From Eledone cirrhosa (Eukaryota): a stretch of DNA of 64,000 bases. Below, piece after piece: positions 39,401 to 53,649 of this stretch (within the stretch, counting starts at the first letter, position 1; every line of letters starts with the position of its first letter). The translations under genes and the position numbers were made by a program. Under the pieces are notes generated by a model. That model was not told the origin of the DNA. It searched no databases and worked only from the letters and a program-made list of their open reading frames with translations. Location of the stretch: NCBI GenBank assembly GCA_964016885.1, contig OZ024758.1, positions 28,272,001-28,336,000 of the forward strand, written 5' to 3'.

Positions 39401-42400
39401 TGTATAATGTCTGCAGACAATGTATGATGTTACATGGTAGGGAGACATGGGCTGTGAATGGAGAGGATACTGTATAATGTCTGCAGACAATGTTATATGT
39501 TACATGGTAGGGAGACATGGGCTGTGAATGGAGAGGATACTGTATAATGTCTGCAGACAATGTATGATGTTACATGGTAGGGAGACATGGGCTGTGAATG
39601 GAGAGGATACTGTATAATGTCTGCAGACAATGTTATGATGTTACATGGTAGGGAGACATGGGCTGTGAATGGAGAGGATACTGTATAATGTCTGCAGACA
39701 ATGTTATATGTTACATGGTAGGGAGACATGGGCTGTGAATGGAGAGGATACTGTATAATGTCTGCAGACAATGTATGATGTTACATGGTAGGGAGACATG
39801 GGCTGTGAATGGAGAGGATACTGTATAATGTCTGCAGACAATGTATGATGTTACATGGTAGGGAGACATGGGCTGTGAATGGAGAGGATACTGTATAATG
39901 TCTGCAGACAATGTATGATGTTACATGGTAGGGAGACATGGGCTGTGAATGGAGAGGATACTGTATAATGTCTGCAGACAATGTATGATGTTACATGGTA
40001 GGGAGACATGGGCTGTGAATGGAGAGGATACTGTATAATGTCTGCAGACAATGTATGATGTTACATGGTAGGGAGACATGGGCTGTGAATGGAGAGGATA
40101 CTGTATAATGTCTGCAGACAATGTATGATGTTACATGGTAGGGAGACATGGGCTGTGAATGGAGAGGATACTGTATAATGTCTGCAGACAATGTATGATG
40201 TTACATGGTAGGGAGACATGGGCTGTGAATGGAGAGGATACTGTATAATGTCTGCAGACAATGTATGATGTTACATGGTAGGGAGACATGGGCTGTGAAT
40301 GGAGAGGATACTGTATAATGTCTGCAGACAATGTATGATGTTACATGGTAGGGAGACATGGGCTGTGAATGGAGAGGATACTGTATAATGTCTGCAGACA
40401 ATGTATGATGTTACATGGTAGGGAGACATGGGCTGTGAATGGAGAGGATACTGTATAATGTCTGCAGACAATGTATGATGTTACATGGTAGGGAGACATG
40501 GGCTGTGAATGGAGAGGATACTGTATAATGTCTGCAGACAATGTATGATGTTACATGGTAGGGAGACATGGGCTGTGAATGGAGAGGATACTGTATAATG
40601 TCTGCAGACAATGTATGATGTTACATGGTAGGGAGACATGGGCTGTGAATGGAGAGGATACTGTATAATGTCTGCAGACAATGTATGATGTTACATGGTA
40701 GGGAGACATGGGCTGTGAATGGAGAGGATACTGTATAATGTCTGCAGACAATGTATGATGTTACATGGTAGGGAGACATGGGCTGTGAATGGAGAGGATA
40801 CTGTATAATGTCTGCAGACAATGTATGATGTTACATGGTAGGGAGACATGGGCTGTGAATGGAGAGGATACTGTATAATGTCTGCAGACAATGTATGATG
40901 TTACATGGTAGGGAGACATGGGCTGTGAATGGAGAGGATACTGTATAATGTCTGCAGACAATGTATGATGTTACATGGTAGGGAGACATGGGCTGTGAAT
41001 GGAGAGGATACTGTATAATGTCTGCAGACAATGTATATGTTACATGGTAGGGAGACATGGGCTGTGAATGGAGAGGATACTGTATAATGTCTGCAGACAA
41101 TGTATGATGTTACATGGTAGGGAGACATGGGCTGTGAATGGAGAGGATACTGTATAATGTCTGCAGACAATGTATGATGTTACATGGTAGGGAGACATGG
41201 GCTGTGAATGGAGAGGATACTGTATAATGTCTGCAGACAATGTATGATGTTACATGGTAGGGAGACATGGGCTGTGAATGGAGAGGATACTGTATAATGT
41301 CTGCAGACAATGTATGATGTTACATGGTAGGGAGACATGGGCTGTGAATGGAGAGGATACTGTATAATGTCTGCAGACAATGTATGATGTTACATGGTAG
41401 GGAGACATGGGCTGTGAATGGAGAGGATACTGTATAATGTCTGTAGACAATGTATATGTTACATGGTAGGGAGACATGGGCTGTGAATGGAGAGGATACT
41501 GTATGATGTCTGCAGACAATGTATGATGTTACATGGTAGGGAGACATGGGCTGTGAATGGAGAGGATACTGTATAATGTCTGCAGACAATGTATGATGTT
41601 ACATGGTAGGGAGACATGGGCTGTGAATGGAGAGGATACTGTATAATGTCTGCAGACAATGTATGATGTTACATGGTAGGGAGACATGGGCTGTGAATGG
41701 AGAGGATACTGTATAATGTCTGTAGACAATGTATGATGTTACATGGTAGGGAGACATGGGCTGTGAATGGAGAGGATACTGTATAATGTCTGCAGACAAT
41801 GTTATATGTTACATGGTAGGGAGACATGGGCTGTGAATGGAGAGGATACTGTATAATGTCTGCAGACAATGTATGATGTTACATGGTAGGGAGACATGGG
41901 CTGTGAATGGAGAGGATACTGTATAATGTCTGCAGACAATGTATGATGTTACATGGTAGGGAGACATGGGCTGTGAATGGAGAGGATACTGTATAATGTC
42001 TGCAGACAATGTATGATGTTACATGGTAGGGAGACATGGGCTGTGAATGGAGAGGATACTGTATAATGTCTGTAGACAATGTATGATGTTACATGGTAGG
42101 GAGACATGGGCTGTGAATGGAGAGGATACTGTATAATGTCTGTAGACAATGTATGATGTTACATGGTAGGGAGACATGGGCTGTGAATGGAGAGGATACT
42201 GTATAATGTCTGTAGACAATGTATGATGTTACATGGTAGGGAGACATGGGCTGTGAATGGAGAGGATACTGTATAATGTCTGCAGACAATGTATGATGTT
42301 ACATGGTAGGGAGACATGGGCTGTGAATGGAGAGGATACTGTATAATGTCTGCAGACAATGTATGATGTTACATGGTAGGGAGACATGGGCTGTGAATGG

Positions 42401-45400
42401 AGAGGATACTGTATGATGTCTGCAGACAATGTATGATGTTACATGGTAGGGAGACATGGGCTGTGAATGGAGAGGATACTGTATAATGTCTGCAGACAAT
42501 GTATGATGTTACATGGTAGGGAGACATGGGCTGTGAATGGAGAGGATACTGTATAATGTCTGCAGACAATGTATGATGTTACATGGTAGGGAGACATGGG
42601 CTGTGAATGGAGAGGATACTGTATAATGTCTGCAGACAATGTATGATGTTACATGGTAGGGAGACATGGGCTGTGAATGGAGAGGATACTGTATGATGTC
42701 TGCAGACAATGTATGATGTTACATGGTAGGGAGACATGGGCTGTGAATGGAGAGGATACTGTATAATGTCTGCAGACAATGTATGATGTTACATGGTAGG
42801 GAGACATGGGCTGTGAATGGAGAGGATACTGTATAATGTCTGCAGACAATGTATGATGTTACATGGTAGGGAGACATGGGCTGTGAATGGAGAGGATACT
42901 GTATAATGTCTGCAGACAATGTATGATGTTACATGGTAGGGAGACATGGGCTGTGAATGGAGAGGATACTGTATAATGTCTGCAGACAATGTATGATGTT
43001 ACATGGTAGGGAGACATGGGCTGTGAATGGAGAGGATACTGTATAATGTCTGCAGACAATGTATGATGTTACATGGTAGGGAGACATGGGCTGTGAATGG
43101 AGAGGATACTGTATAATGTCTGCAGACAATGTATGATGTTACATGGTAGGGAGACATGGGCTGTGAATGGAGAGGATACTGTATAATGTCTGAAGACAAT
43201 GTATGATGTTACATGGTAGGGAGACATGGGCTGTGAATGGAGAGGATACTGTATAATGTCTGCAGACAATGTATGATGTTACATGGTAGGGAGACATGGG
43301 CTGTGAATGGAGAGGATACTGTATGATGTCTGCAGACAATGTATGATGTTACATGGTAGGGAGACATGGGCTGTGAATGGAGAGGATACTGTATAATGTC
43401 TGCAGACAATGTATGATGTTACATGGTAGGGAGACATGGGCTGTGAATGGAGAGGATACTGTATAATGTCTGCAGACAATGTATGATGTTACATGGTAGG
43501 GAGACATGGGCTGTGAATGGAGAGGATACTGTATAATGTCTGTAGACAATGTTATGATGTTACATGGTAGGGAGACATGGGCTGTGAATGGAGAGGATAC
43601 TGTATGATGTCTGCAGACAATGTATGATGTTACATGGTAGGGAGACATGGGCTGTGAATGGAGAGGATACTGTATAATGTCTGCAGACAATGTATGATGT
43701 TACATGGTAGGGAGACATGGGCTGTGAATGGAGAGGATACTGTATAATGTCTGCAGACAATGTATGATGTTACATGGTAGGGAGACATGGGCTGTGAATG
43801 GAGAGGATACTGTATAATGTCTGTAGACAATGTTATATGTTACATGGTAGGGAGACATGGGCTGTGAATGGAGAGGATACTGTATGATGTCTGCAGACAA
43901 TGTATGATGTTACATGGTAGGGAGACATGGGCTGTGAATGGAGAGGATACTGTATAATGTCTGCAGACAATGTATGATTTTACATGGTAGGGAGACATGG
44001 GCTGTGAATGGAGAGGATACTGTATAATGTCTGCAGACAATGTATGATGTTACATGGTAGGGAGACATGGGCTGTGAATGGAGAGGATACTGTATAATGT
44101 CTGTAGACAATGTTATATGTTACATGGTAGGGAGACATGGGCTGTGAATGGAGAGGATACTGTATGATGTCTGCAGACAATGTATGATGTTACATGGTAG
44201 GGAGACATGGGCTGTGAATGGAGAGGATACTGTATAATGTCTGCAGACAATGTATGATGTTACATGGTAGGGAGACATGGGCTGTGAATGGAGAGGATAC
44301 TGTATAATGTCTGCAGACAATGTATGATGTTACATGGTAGGGAGACATGGGCTGTGAATGGAGAGGATACTGTATAATGTCTGTAGACAATGTATGATGT
44401 TACATGGTAGGGAGACATGGGCTGTGAATGGAGAGGATACTGTATAATGTCTGCAGACAATGTATGATGTTACATGGTAGGGAGACATGGGCTGTGAATG
44501 GAGAGGATACTGTATAATGTCTGTAGACAATGTTATATGTTACATGGTAGGGAGACATGGGCTGTGAATGGAGAGGATACTGTATGATGTCTGCAGACAA
44601 TGTATGATGTTACATGGTAGGGAGACATGGGCTGTGAATGGAGAGGATACTGTATAATGTCTGCAGACAATGTATGATGTTACATGGTAGGGAGACATGG
44701 GCTGTGAATGGAGAGGATACTGTATAATGTCTGTAGACAATGTATGATGTTACATGGTAGGGAGACATGGGCTGTGAATGGAGAGGAGACTGTATAATGT
44801 CTGTAGACAATGTATGATGTTACATGGTAGGGAGACATGGGCTGTGAATGGAGAGGAGACTGTATAATGTCTGCAGACAATGTTATATGTTACATGGTAG
44901 GGAGACATGGGCTGTGAATGGAGAGGATACTGTATAATGTCTGTAGACAATGTTATATGTTACATGGTAGGGAGACATGGGCTGTGAATGGAGAGGATAC
45001 TGTATAATGTCTGCAGACAATGTATGATGTTACATGGTAGGGAGACATGGGCTGTGAATGGAGAGGATACTGTATGATGTCTGCAGACAATGTATGATGT
45101 TACATGGTAGGGAGACATGGGCTGTGAATGGAGAGGATACTGTATAATGTCTGTAGACAATGTATGATGTTACATGGTAGGGAGACATGGGCTGTGAATG
45201 GAGAGGATACTGTGTAATGTCTGTAGACAATGTATGATGTTACATGGTAGGGAGACATGGGCTGTGAATGGAGAGGATACTGTATAATGTCTGTAGACAA
45301 TGTATGATGTTACATGGTAGGGAGACATGGGCTGTGAATGGAGAGGAGACTGTATAATGTCTGCAGACAATGTTATATGTTACATGGTAGGGAGACATGG

Positions 45401-48400
45401 GCTGTGAATGGAGAGGATACTGTATGATGTCTGCAGACAATGTATGATGTTACATGGTAGGGAGACATGGGCTGTGAATGGAGAGGATACTGTATGATGT
45501 CTGCAGACAATGTATGATGTTACATGGTAGGGAGACATGGGCTGTGAATGGAGAGGATACTGTATAATGTCTGCAGACAATGTATGATGTTACATGGTAG
45601 GGAGACATGGGCTGTGAATGGAGAGGATACTGTATAATGTCTGCAGACAATGTATGATGTTACATGGTAGGGAGACATGGGCTGTGAATGGAGAGGATAC
45701 TGTATGATGTCTGCAGACAATGTATGATGTTACATGGTAGGGAGACATGGGCTGTGAATGGAGAGGAGACTGTATAATGTCTGCAGACAATTTATGATGT
45801 TACATGGTAGGGAGACATGGGCTGTGAATGGAGAGGATACTGTATAATGTCTGCAGACAATGTATGATGTTACATGGTAGGGAGACATGGGCTGTGAATG
45901 GAGAGGATACTGTATGATGTCTGCAGACAATGTATGATGTTACATGGTAGGGAGACATGGGCTGTGAATGGAGAGGAGACTGTATAATGTCTGCAGACAA
46001 TTTATGATGTTACATGGTAGGGAGACATGGGCTGTGAATGGAGAGGATACTGTATAATGTCTGCAGACAATGTATGATGTTACATGGTAGGGAGACATGG
46101 GCTGTGAATGGAGAGGATACTGTATAATGTCTGCAGACAATGTATGATGTTATATGGTAGGGAGACATGGGCTGTGAATGGAGTGGATACTGTATAATGT
46201 CTGCAGACAATGTATGATGTTACATGGTAGGGAGACATGGGCTGTGAATGGAGAGGATACTGTATAATGTCTGTAGACAATGTATGATGTTACATGGTAG
46301 GGAGACATGGGCTGTGAATGGAGAGGATACTGTATAATGTCTGCAGACAATGTATGATGTTATATGGTAGGGAGACATGGGCTGTGAATGGAGAGGATAC
46401 TGTATAATGTCTGTAGACAATGTATGATGTTACATGGTAGGGAGACATGGGCTGTGAATGGAGAGGATACTGTATAATGTCTGTAGACAATGTATGATGT
46501 TACATGGTAGGGAGACATGGGCTGTGAATGGGGAGGATACTGTATAATGTCTGCAGACAATGTATGATGTTACATGGTAGGGAGACATGGGCTGTGAATG
46601 GAGAGGATACTGTGTAATGTCTGTAGACAATGTATGATGTTACATGGTAGGGAGACATGGGCTGTGAATGGAGAGGATACTGTGTAATGTCTGTAGACAA
46701 TGTATGATGTTACATGGTAGGGAGACATGGGCTGTGAATGGAGTGGATACTGTATGATGTCTGCAGACAATGTATGATGTTACATGGTAGGGAGACATGG
46801 GCTGTGAATGGGGAGGATACTGTATAATGTCTGTAGACAATGTATGATGTTACATGGTAGGGAGACATGGGCTGTGAATGGGGAGGATACTGTATAATGT
46901 CTGCAGACAATGTATGATGTTACATGGTAGGGAGACATGGGCTGTGAATGGAGAGGATACTGTATAATGTCTGCAGACAATGTATGATGTTACATGGTAG
47001 GGAGACATGGGCTGTGAATGGGGAGGATACTGTATAATGTCTGCAGACAATGTATGATGTTACATGGTAGGGAGACATGGGCTGTGAATGGAGAGGATAC
47101 TGTGTAATGTCTGTAGACAATGTATGATGTTACATGGTAGGGAGACATGGGCTGTGAATGGAGAGGATACTGTATGATGCCTACAGACAATGTATGATGT
47201 TACATGGTAGGGAGACATGGGCTGTGAATGGAGAGGATACTGTATAATGTCTGCAGACCATGTATGATGTTACATGGTAAGGGAGACATGGGCTGTGAAT
47301 GGAGAGGATACTGTATGATGCCTACAGACAATGTATGATGTTACATGGTAGGGAGACATGGGCTGTGAATGGAGAGGATACTGTATGATGTCTGCAGACA
47401 ATGTATGATGTTACATGGTAGGGAGACATGGGCTGTGAATGGAGAGGATACTGTATAATGTCTGCAGACCATGTATGATGTTACATGGTAAGGGAGACAT
47501 GGGCTGTGAATGGAGAGGATACTGTATAATGTCTGCAGACCATGTATGATGTTACATGGTAGGGAGACATGGGCTGTGAATGGAGAGGATACTGTATAAT
47601 GTCTGCAGACCATGTATGATGTTACATGGTAGGGAGACATGGGCTGTGAATGGAGAGGATACTGTATGATGTCTGCAGACAATGTATGATGTTACATGGT
47701 AGGGAGACATGGGCTGTGAATGGAGAGGATACTGTATGATGTCTGCAGACAATGTATGATGTTACATGGTAGGGAGACATGGGCTGTGAATGGAGAGGAT
47801 ACTGTATGATGCCTACAGACAATGTATGATGTTACATGGTAGGGAGACATGGGCTGTGAATGGAGAGGATACTGTATAATGTCTGCAGACAATGTATGAT
47901 GTTACATGGTAGGGAGACATGGGCTGTGAATGGAGAGGATACTGTATGATGCCTACAGACAATGTATGATGTTACATGGTAGGGAGACATGGGCTGTGAA
48001 TGGAGAGGATACTGTATGATGTCTGCAGACAATGTATGATGTTACATGGTAGGGAGACATGGGCTGTGAATGGAGAGGATACTGTATGATGCCTACAGAC
48101 AATGTATGATGTTACATGGTAGGGAGACATGGGCTGTGAATGGAGAGGATACTGTATAATGTCTGCAGACAATGTATGATGTTACATGGTAGGGAGACAT
48201 GGGCTGTGAATGGAGAGGATACTGTATGATGCCTACAGACAATGTATGATGTTACATGGTAGGGAGACATGGGCTGTGAATGGAGAGGATACTGTATAAT
48301 GTCTGCAGACAATGTATGATGTTACATGGTAGGGAGACATGGGCTGTGAATGGAGAGGATACTGTATAATGTCTGCAGACAATGTATGATGTTACATGGT

Positions 48401-51400
48401 AGGGAGACATGGGCTGTGAATGGAGAGGATACTGTGTAATGTCTGTAGACAATGTATGATGTTACATGGTAGGGAGACATGGGCTGTGAATGGAGAGGAT
48501 ACTGTATAATGTCTGCAGACAATGTATGATGTTACATGGTAGGGAGACATGGGCTGTGAATGGAGAGGATACTGTATAATGTCTGCAGACAATGTATGAT
48601 GTTACATGGTAGGGAGACATGGGCTGTGAATGGAGAGGATACTGTATGATGCCTACAGACAATGTATGATGTTACATGGTAGGGAGACATGGGCTGTGAA
48701 TGGAGAGGATACTGTATAATGTCTGCAGACAATGTATGATGTTACATGGTAGGGAGACATGGGCTGTGAATGGAGAGGATACTGTATAATGTCTGCAGAC
48801 AATGTATGATGTTACATGGTAGGGAGACATGGGCTGTGAATGGAGAGGATACTGTGTAATGTCTGTAGACAATGTATGATGTTACATGGTAGGGAGACAT
48901 GGGCTGTGAATGGAGAGGATACTGTATAATGTCTGCAGACAATGTATGATGTTACATGGTAGGGAGACATGGGCTGTGAATGGAGAGGATACTGTATAAT
49001 GTCTGCAGACAATGTATGATGTTACATGGTAGGGAGACATGGGCTGTGAATGGAGAGGATACTGTATAATGTCTGCAGACAATGTATGATGTTACATGGT
49101 AGGGAGACATGGGCTGTGAATGGAGAGGATACTGTATAATGTCTGTAGACAATGTATGATGTTACATGGTAGGGAGACATGGGCTGTGAATGGAGAGGAT
49201 ACTGTATGATGCCTACAGACAATGTATGATGTTACATGTTAAGGAGACATGGGCTGTGAATGGAGAGGATACTGTGTAATGTCTGTAGACAATGTATGAT
49301 GTTACATGGTAGGGAGACATGGGCTGTGAATGGAGAGGATACTGTATAATGTCTGCAGACAATGTATAATGTTACATGGTAGGGAGACAAGGGCTGTGAA
49401 TGGAGAGGATACTGTATAATGTCTGTAGACAATGTATGATGTTACATGGTAGGGAGACAAGGGCTGTGAATGGAGAGGATACTGTATAATGTCTGCAGAC
49501 AATGTATGATGTTACATGGTAGGGAGACATGGGCTGTGAATGGAGAGGATACTGTATAATGTCTGCAGACAATGTATGATGTTACATGGTAGGGAGACAT
49601 GGGCTGTGAATGGAGAGGATACTGTATAATGTCTGCAGACAATGTATGATGTTACATGGTAGGGAGACAAGGGCTGTGAATGGAGAGGATACTGTATAAT
49701 GTCTGCAGACAATGTATGATGTTACATGGTAGGGAGACATGGGCTGTGAATGGAGAGGATACTGTATAATGTCTGCAGACAATGTATGATGTTACATGGT
49801 AGGGAGACATGGGCTGTGAATGGAGAGGATACTGTATGATGTCTGCAGACAATGTATGATGTTACATGGTAGGGAGACATGGGCTGTGAATGGAGAGGAT
49901 ACTGTATGATGTCTGCAGACAATGTATGATGTTACATGGTAGGGAGACATGGGCTGTGAATGGAGAGGATACTGTATAATGTCTGCAGACAATGTATGAT
50001 GTTACATGGTAGGGAGACATGGGCTGTGAATGGAGAGGATACTGTATGATGTCTGCAGACAATGTATGATGTTACATGGTAGGGAGACATGGGCTGTGAA
50101 TGGAGAGGATACTGTATGATGTCTGCAGACAATGTATGATGTTACATGGTAGGGAGACATGGGCTGTGAATGGAGTGGATACTGTATAATGTCTGCAGAC
50201 AATGTATGATGTTACATGGTAGGGAGACATGGGCTGTGAATGGAGAGGATACTGTATAATGTCTGTAGACAATGTATGATGTTACATGGTAGGGAGACAT
50301 GGGCTGTGAATGGAGAGGATACTGTATAATGTCTGTAGACAATGTATGATGTTACATGGTAGGGAGACATGGGCTGTGAATGGAGAGGATACTGTATGAT
50401 GTCTGCAGACAATGTATGATGTTACATGGTAGGGAGACATGGGCTGTGAATGGAGAGGATACTGTATAATGTCTGCAGACAATGTATGATGTTACATGGT
50501 AGGGAGACATGGGCTGTGAATGGAGAGGATACTGTATGATGTCTGCAGACAATGTATGATGTTACATGGTAGGGAGACATGGGCTGTGAATGGAGAGGAT
50601 ACTGTATGATGTCTGCAGACAATGTATGATGTTACATGGTAGGGAGACATGGGCTGTGAATGGAGAGGATACTGTATAATGTCTGCAGACAATGTATGAT
50701 GTTACATGGTAGGGAGACATGGGCTGTGAATGGAGAGGATACTGTATGATGTCTGCAGACAATGTATGATGTTACATGGTAGGGAGACATGGGCTGTGAA
50801 TGGAGAGGATACTGTATGATGTCTGCAGACAATGTATGATGTTACATGGTAGGGAGACATGTGCTGTGAATGGAGTGGATACTGTATAATGTCTGCAGAC
50901 AATGTATGATGTTACATGGTAGGGAGACATGGGCTGTGAATGGAGAGGATACTGTATAATGTCTGTAGACAATGTATGATGTTACATGGTAGGGAGACAT
51001 GGGCTGTGAATGGAGAGGATACTGTATAATGTCTGTAGACAATGTATGATGTTACATGGTAGGGAGACATGGGCTGTGAATGGAGAGGATACTGTATGAT
51101 GTCTGCAGACAATGTATGATGTTACATGGTAGGGAGACATGGGCTGTGAATGGAGAGGATACTGTATAATGTCTGCAGACAATGTATGATGTTACATGGT
51201 AGGGAGACATGGGCTGTGAATGGAGAGGATACTGTATAATGTCTGCAGACAATGTATGATGTTACATGGTAGGGAGACATGGGCTGTGAATGGAGAGGAT
51301 ACTGTATAATGTCTGTAGACAATGTTATATGTTACATGGTAGGGAGACATGGGCTGTGAATGGAGAGGATACTGTATGATGTCTGCAGACAATGTATGAT

Positions 51401-52211
51401 GTTACATGGTAGGGAGACATGGGCTGTGAATGGAGAGGATACTGTGTAATGTCTGCAGACAATGTATGATGTTACATGGTAGGGAGACAAGGGCTGTGAA
51501 TGGAGAGGATACTGTATAATGTCTGCAGACAATGTATGATGTTACATGGTAGGGAGACAAGGGCTGTGAATGGAGAGGATACTGTATAATGTCTGCAGAC
51601 AATGTATGATGTTACATGGTAGGGAGACAAGGGCTGTGAATGGAGAGGATACTGTATAATGTCTGCAGACAATGTATGATGTTACATGGTAGGGAGACAA
51701 GGGCTGTGAATGGAGAGGATACTGTATGATGTCTGTAGACAATGTATGATGTTACATGGTAGGGAGACATGGGCTGTGAATGGAGAGGATACTGTATAAT
51801 GTCTGCAGACAATGTATGATGTTACATGGTAGGGAGACATGGGCTGTGAATGGAGAGGATACTGTATGATGTCTGCAGACAATGTATGATGTTACATGGT
51901 AGGGAGACATGGGCTGTGAATGGAGAGGAGACTGTATGATGTCTGCAGACAATGTATGATGTTACATGGTAGGGAGACATGGGCTGTGAATGGAGAGGAT
52001 ACTGTATAATGTCTGCAGACAATGTATGATGTTACATGGTAGGGAGACATGGGCTGTGAATGGAGTGGATACTGTATAATGTCTGTAGACAATGTATGAT
52101 GTTACATGGTAGGGAGACATGGGCTGTGAATGGAGAGGATACTGTATAATGTCTGTAGACAATGTATGATGTTACATGGTAGGGAGACATGGGCTGTGAA
52201 TGGAGTGGATA
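33444..52211. repeat. 70 bp satellite, ~268 copies, 18.8 kb
   Basis: Unit aggatactgtataatgtctgcagacaatgtatgatgttacatggtagggagacatgggctgtgaatggag; one plus frame reads ILYNVCRQCMMLHGRETWAVNGED. Confidence 0.99.
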
Positions 52212-52325
52212 GGCAATGTCAGGAGAGAAATGAAGGAAACTGCTTCATTTCTGATTGTCCAATATTAATGCGAGAGGATGACAACGTATAGATGGACTGA
52301 GATGGACACGGGTCAGGATAGTATT
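52212..52325 (+). mobile_element. RTE remnant continuing from the last 70 bp unit
   Basis: Reads ...WAVNGVDRQCQERNEGN then, after a frameshift, LSNINARG*QRIDGLR; compare RTE WALCAEDIRRLERNEACMLRWMCNSNIRERQSINELR. Confidence 0.75.
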
Positions 52326-52348
52326 TTGAACTTCTGCTCCCCCACATT

Positions 52349-53312
52349 TTGTCACCCACAGTGTGTCACTCACAATATGTCACCCACATTATGTCACCCA
52401 CAATGTGTCACCCACAGTGTCACCCACAATGCGTCACTCACAATGTGTCAGCCACAATGTGCCACTCACCAGATCTTCATCTTGTAACCCACAAGCCCCC
52501 CCCCCCCCACTAGATCTTCATCTTGTCACCCACAACACCATACCCCCACCCGGTACTCATCTTATCACCTACAATGTCCCCTGACCATCAGATACCCATT
52601 TGTCACCCACAATGCTCTCCCATACCAGATCTCCATCTTGTCACCCACAATATGTCACACCCACCACCAGATCGCCATCTTATCACCTACAATGTCCCCT
52701 CACCACCAGATCTCCATCTTGTCACCTACAATGTCCCCCACCACCAGATCCCCATCTTGTCACCTACAATGTCCCCCACCACCAGATCTCCATCTTGTCA
52801 CCCACCAATATGTCCCTCCACCACCAGATCTCTATCTTGTCACCCACCAATATGTCCCCCCACCACCAGATCTCCATCTTATCACCTACAATGTCCCCCC
52901 ACCACCAGATCTCCATCTTATCACCTACAATGTCCCCCCACCACCAGATCTCTATCTTGTCACCCACCAATATGTCACACCCACCACCAGATCTCCATCT
53001 TGTCACCCACCAATATGTCACACCCACCTCCAGATCTCCATCTTATCACCCACAATATGTCACACCCACCACCAGATCTCCATCTTATCACCTACAATGT
53101 CCCCCTACCATCAGATCTCCATCTTGTCACCCACAATATGTCACACCCACCACCAGATCTCCATCTTGTCACCCACAATATGTCACACCCACCACCAGAT
53201 CTCTATCTTGTCACCCACCAATATGTCCCCCCACCACCAGATCTCCATCTTGTCACCTACAATGTCCCCCCACCACCAGATCTCCATCTTGTCACCCACT
53301 CCTGTCACTCAC
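52349..53312. repeat. Irregular ~35-45 bp minisatellite
   Basis: Units such as caccaccagatctccatcttgtcacctacaatgtccccc, preceded by shorter tgtcacccaca repeats. Confidence 0.93.
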
Positions 53313-53649
53313 AATAATGTTATTGAGAGATATATTTACATAATCAGAAGTGTTTCCTAACGAGGATATAAACAATTGAAGTCGCAGCTGTGTTATGTTA
53401 TGGACGCACGTAATGAAGTTGCAGCTGTGTTTTGTTATGGCAGCACGTAACAAATATATTGCAACTGAAAAGAATCTAACGAAACACAAATTTATAATTA
53501 TCAACTCCTTAACCCTTTAGCATTTCAACTGGTCATATCTGACCAGAATTCTCTCACCTCCTTCTGTTCAAACCAGTCATAACCAGCTACTCATACTTAA
53601 GTTAAGGTATTGTTCTCAAAATAAATAACATCAAAATCTCATAGATTCG

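Noticed and set aside
33260-52162. Hundreds of 66 aa minus-strand ORFs as a tandem peptide gene family
   Set aside because: Overlapping frame-cycling products of the 70 bp unit with non-ATG starts; the meaningful frame is the RTE frame on the plus strand.
52363-53360. Pro/His/Thr-rich ORFs of ~250 aa in three frames
   Set aside because: Minisatellite translations; no splice or homology evidence, and I could not assign a source element.
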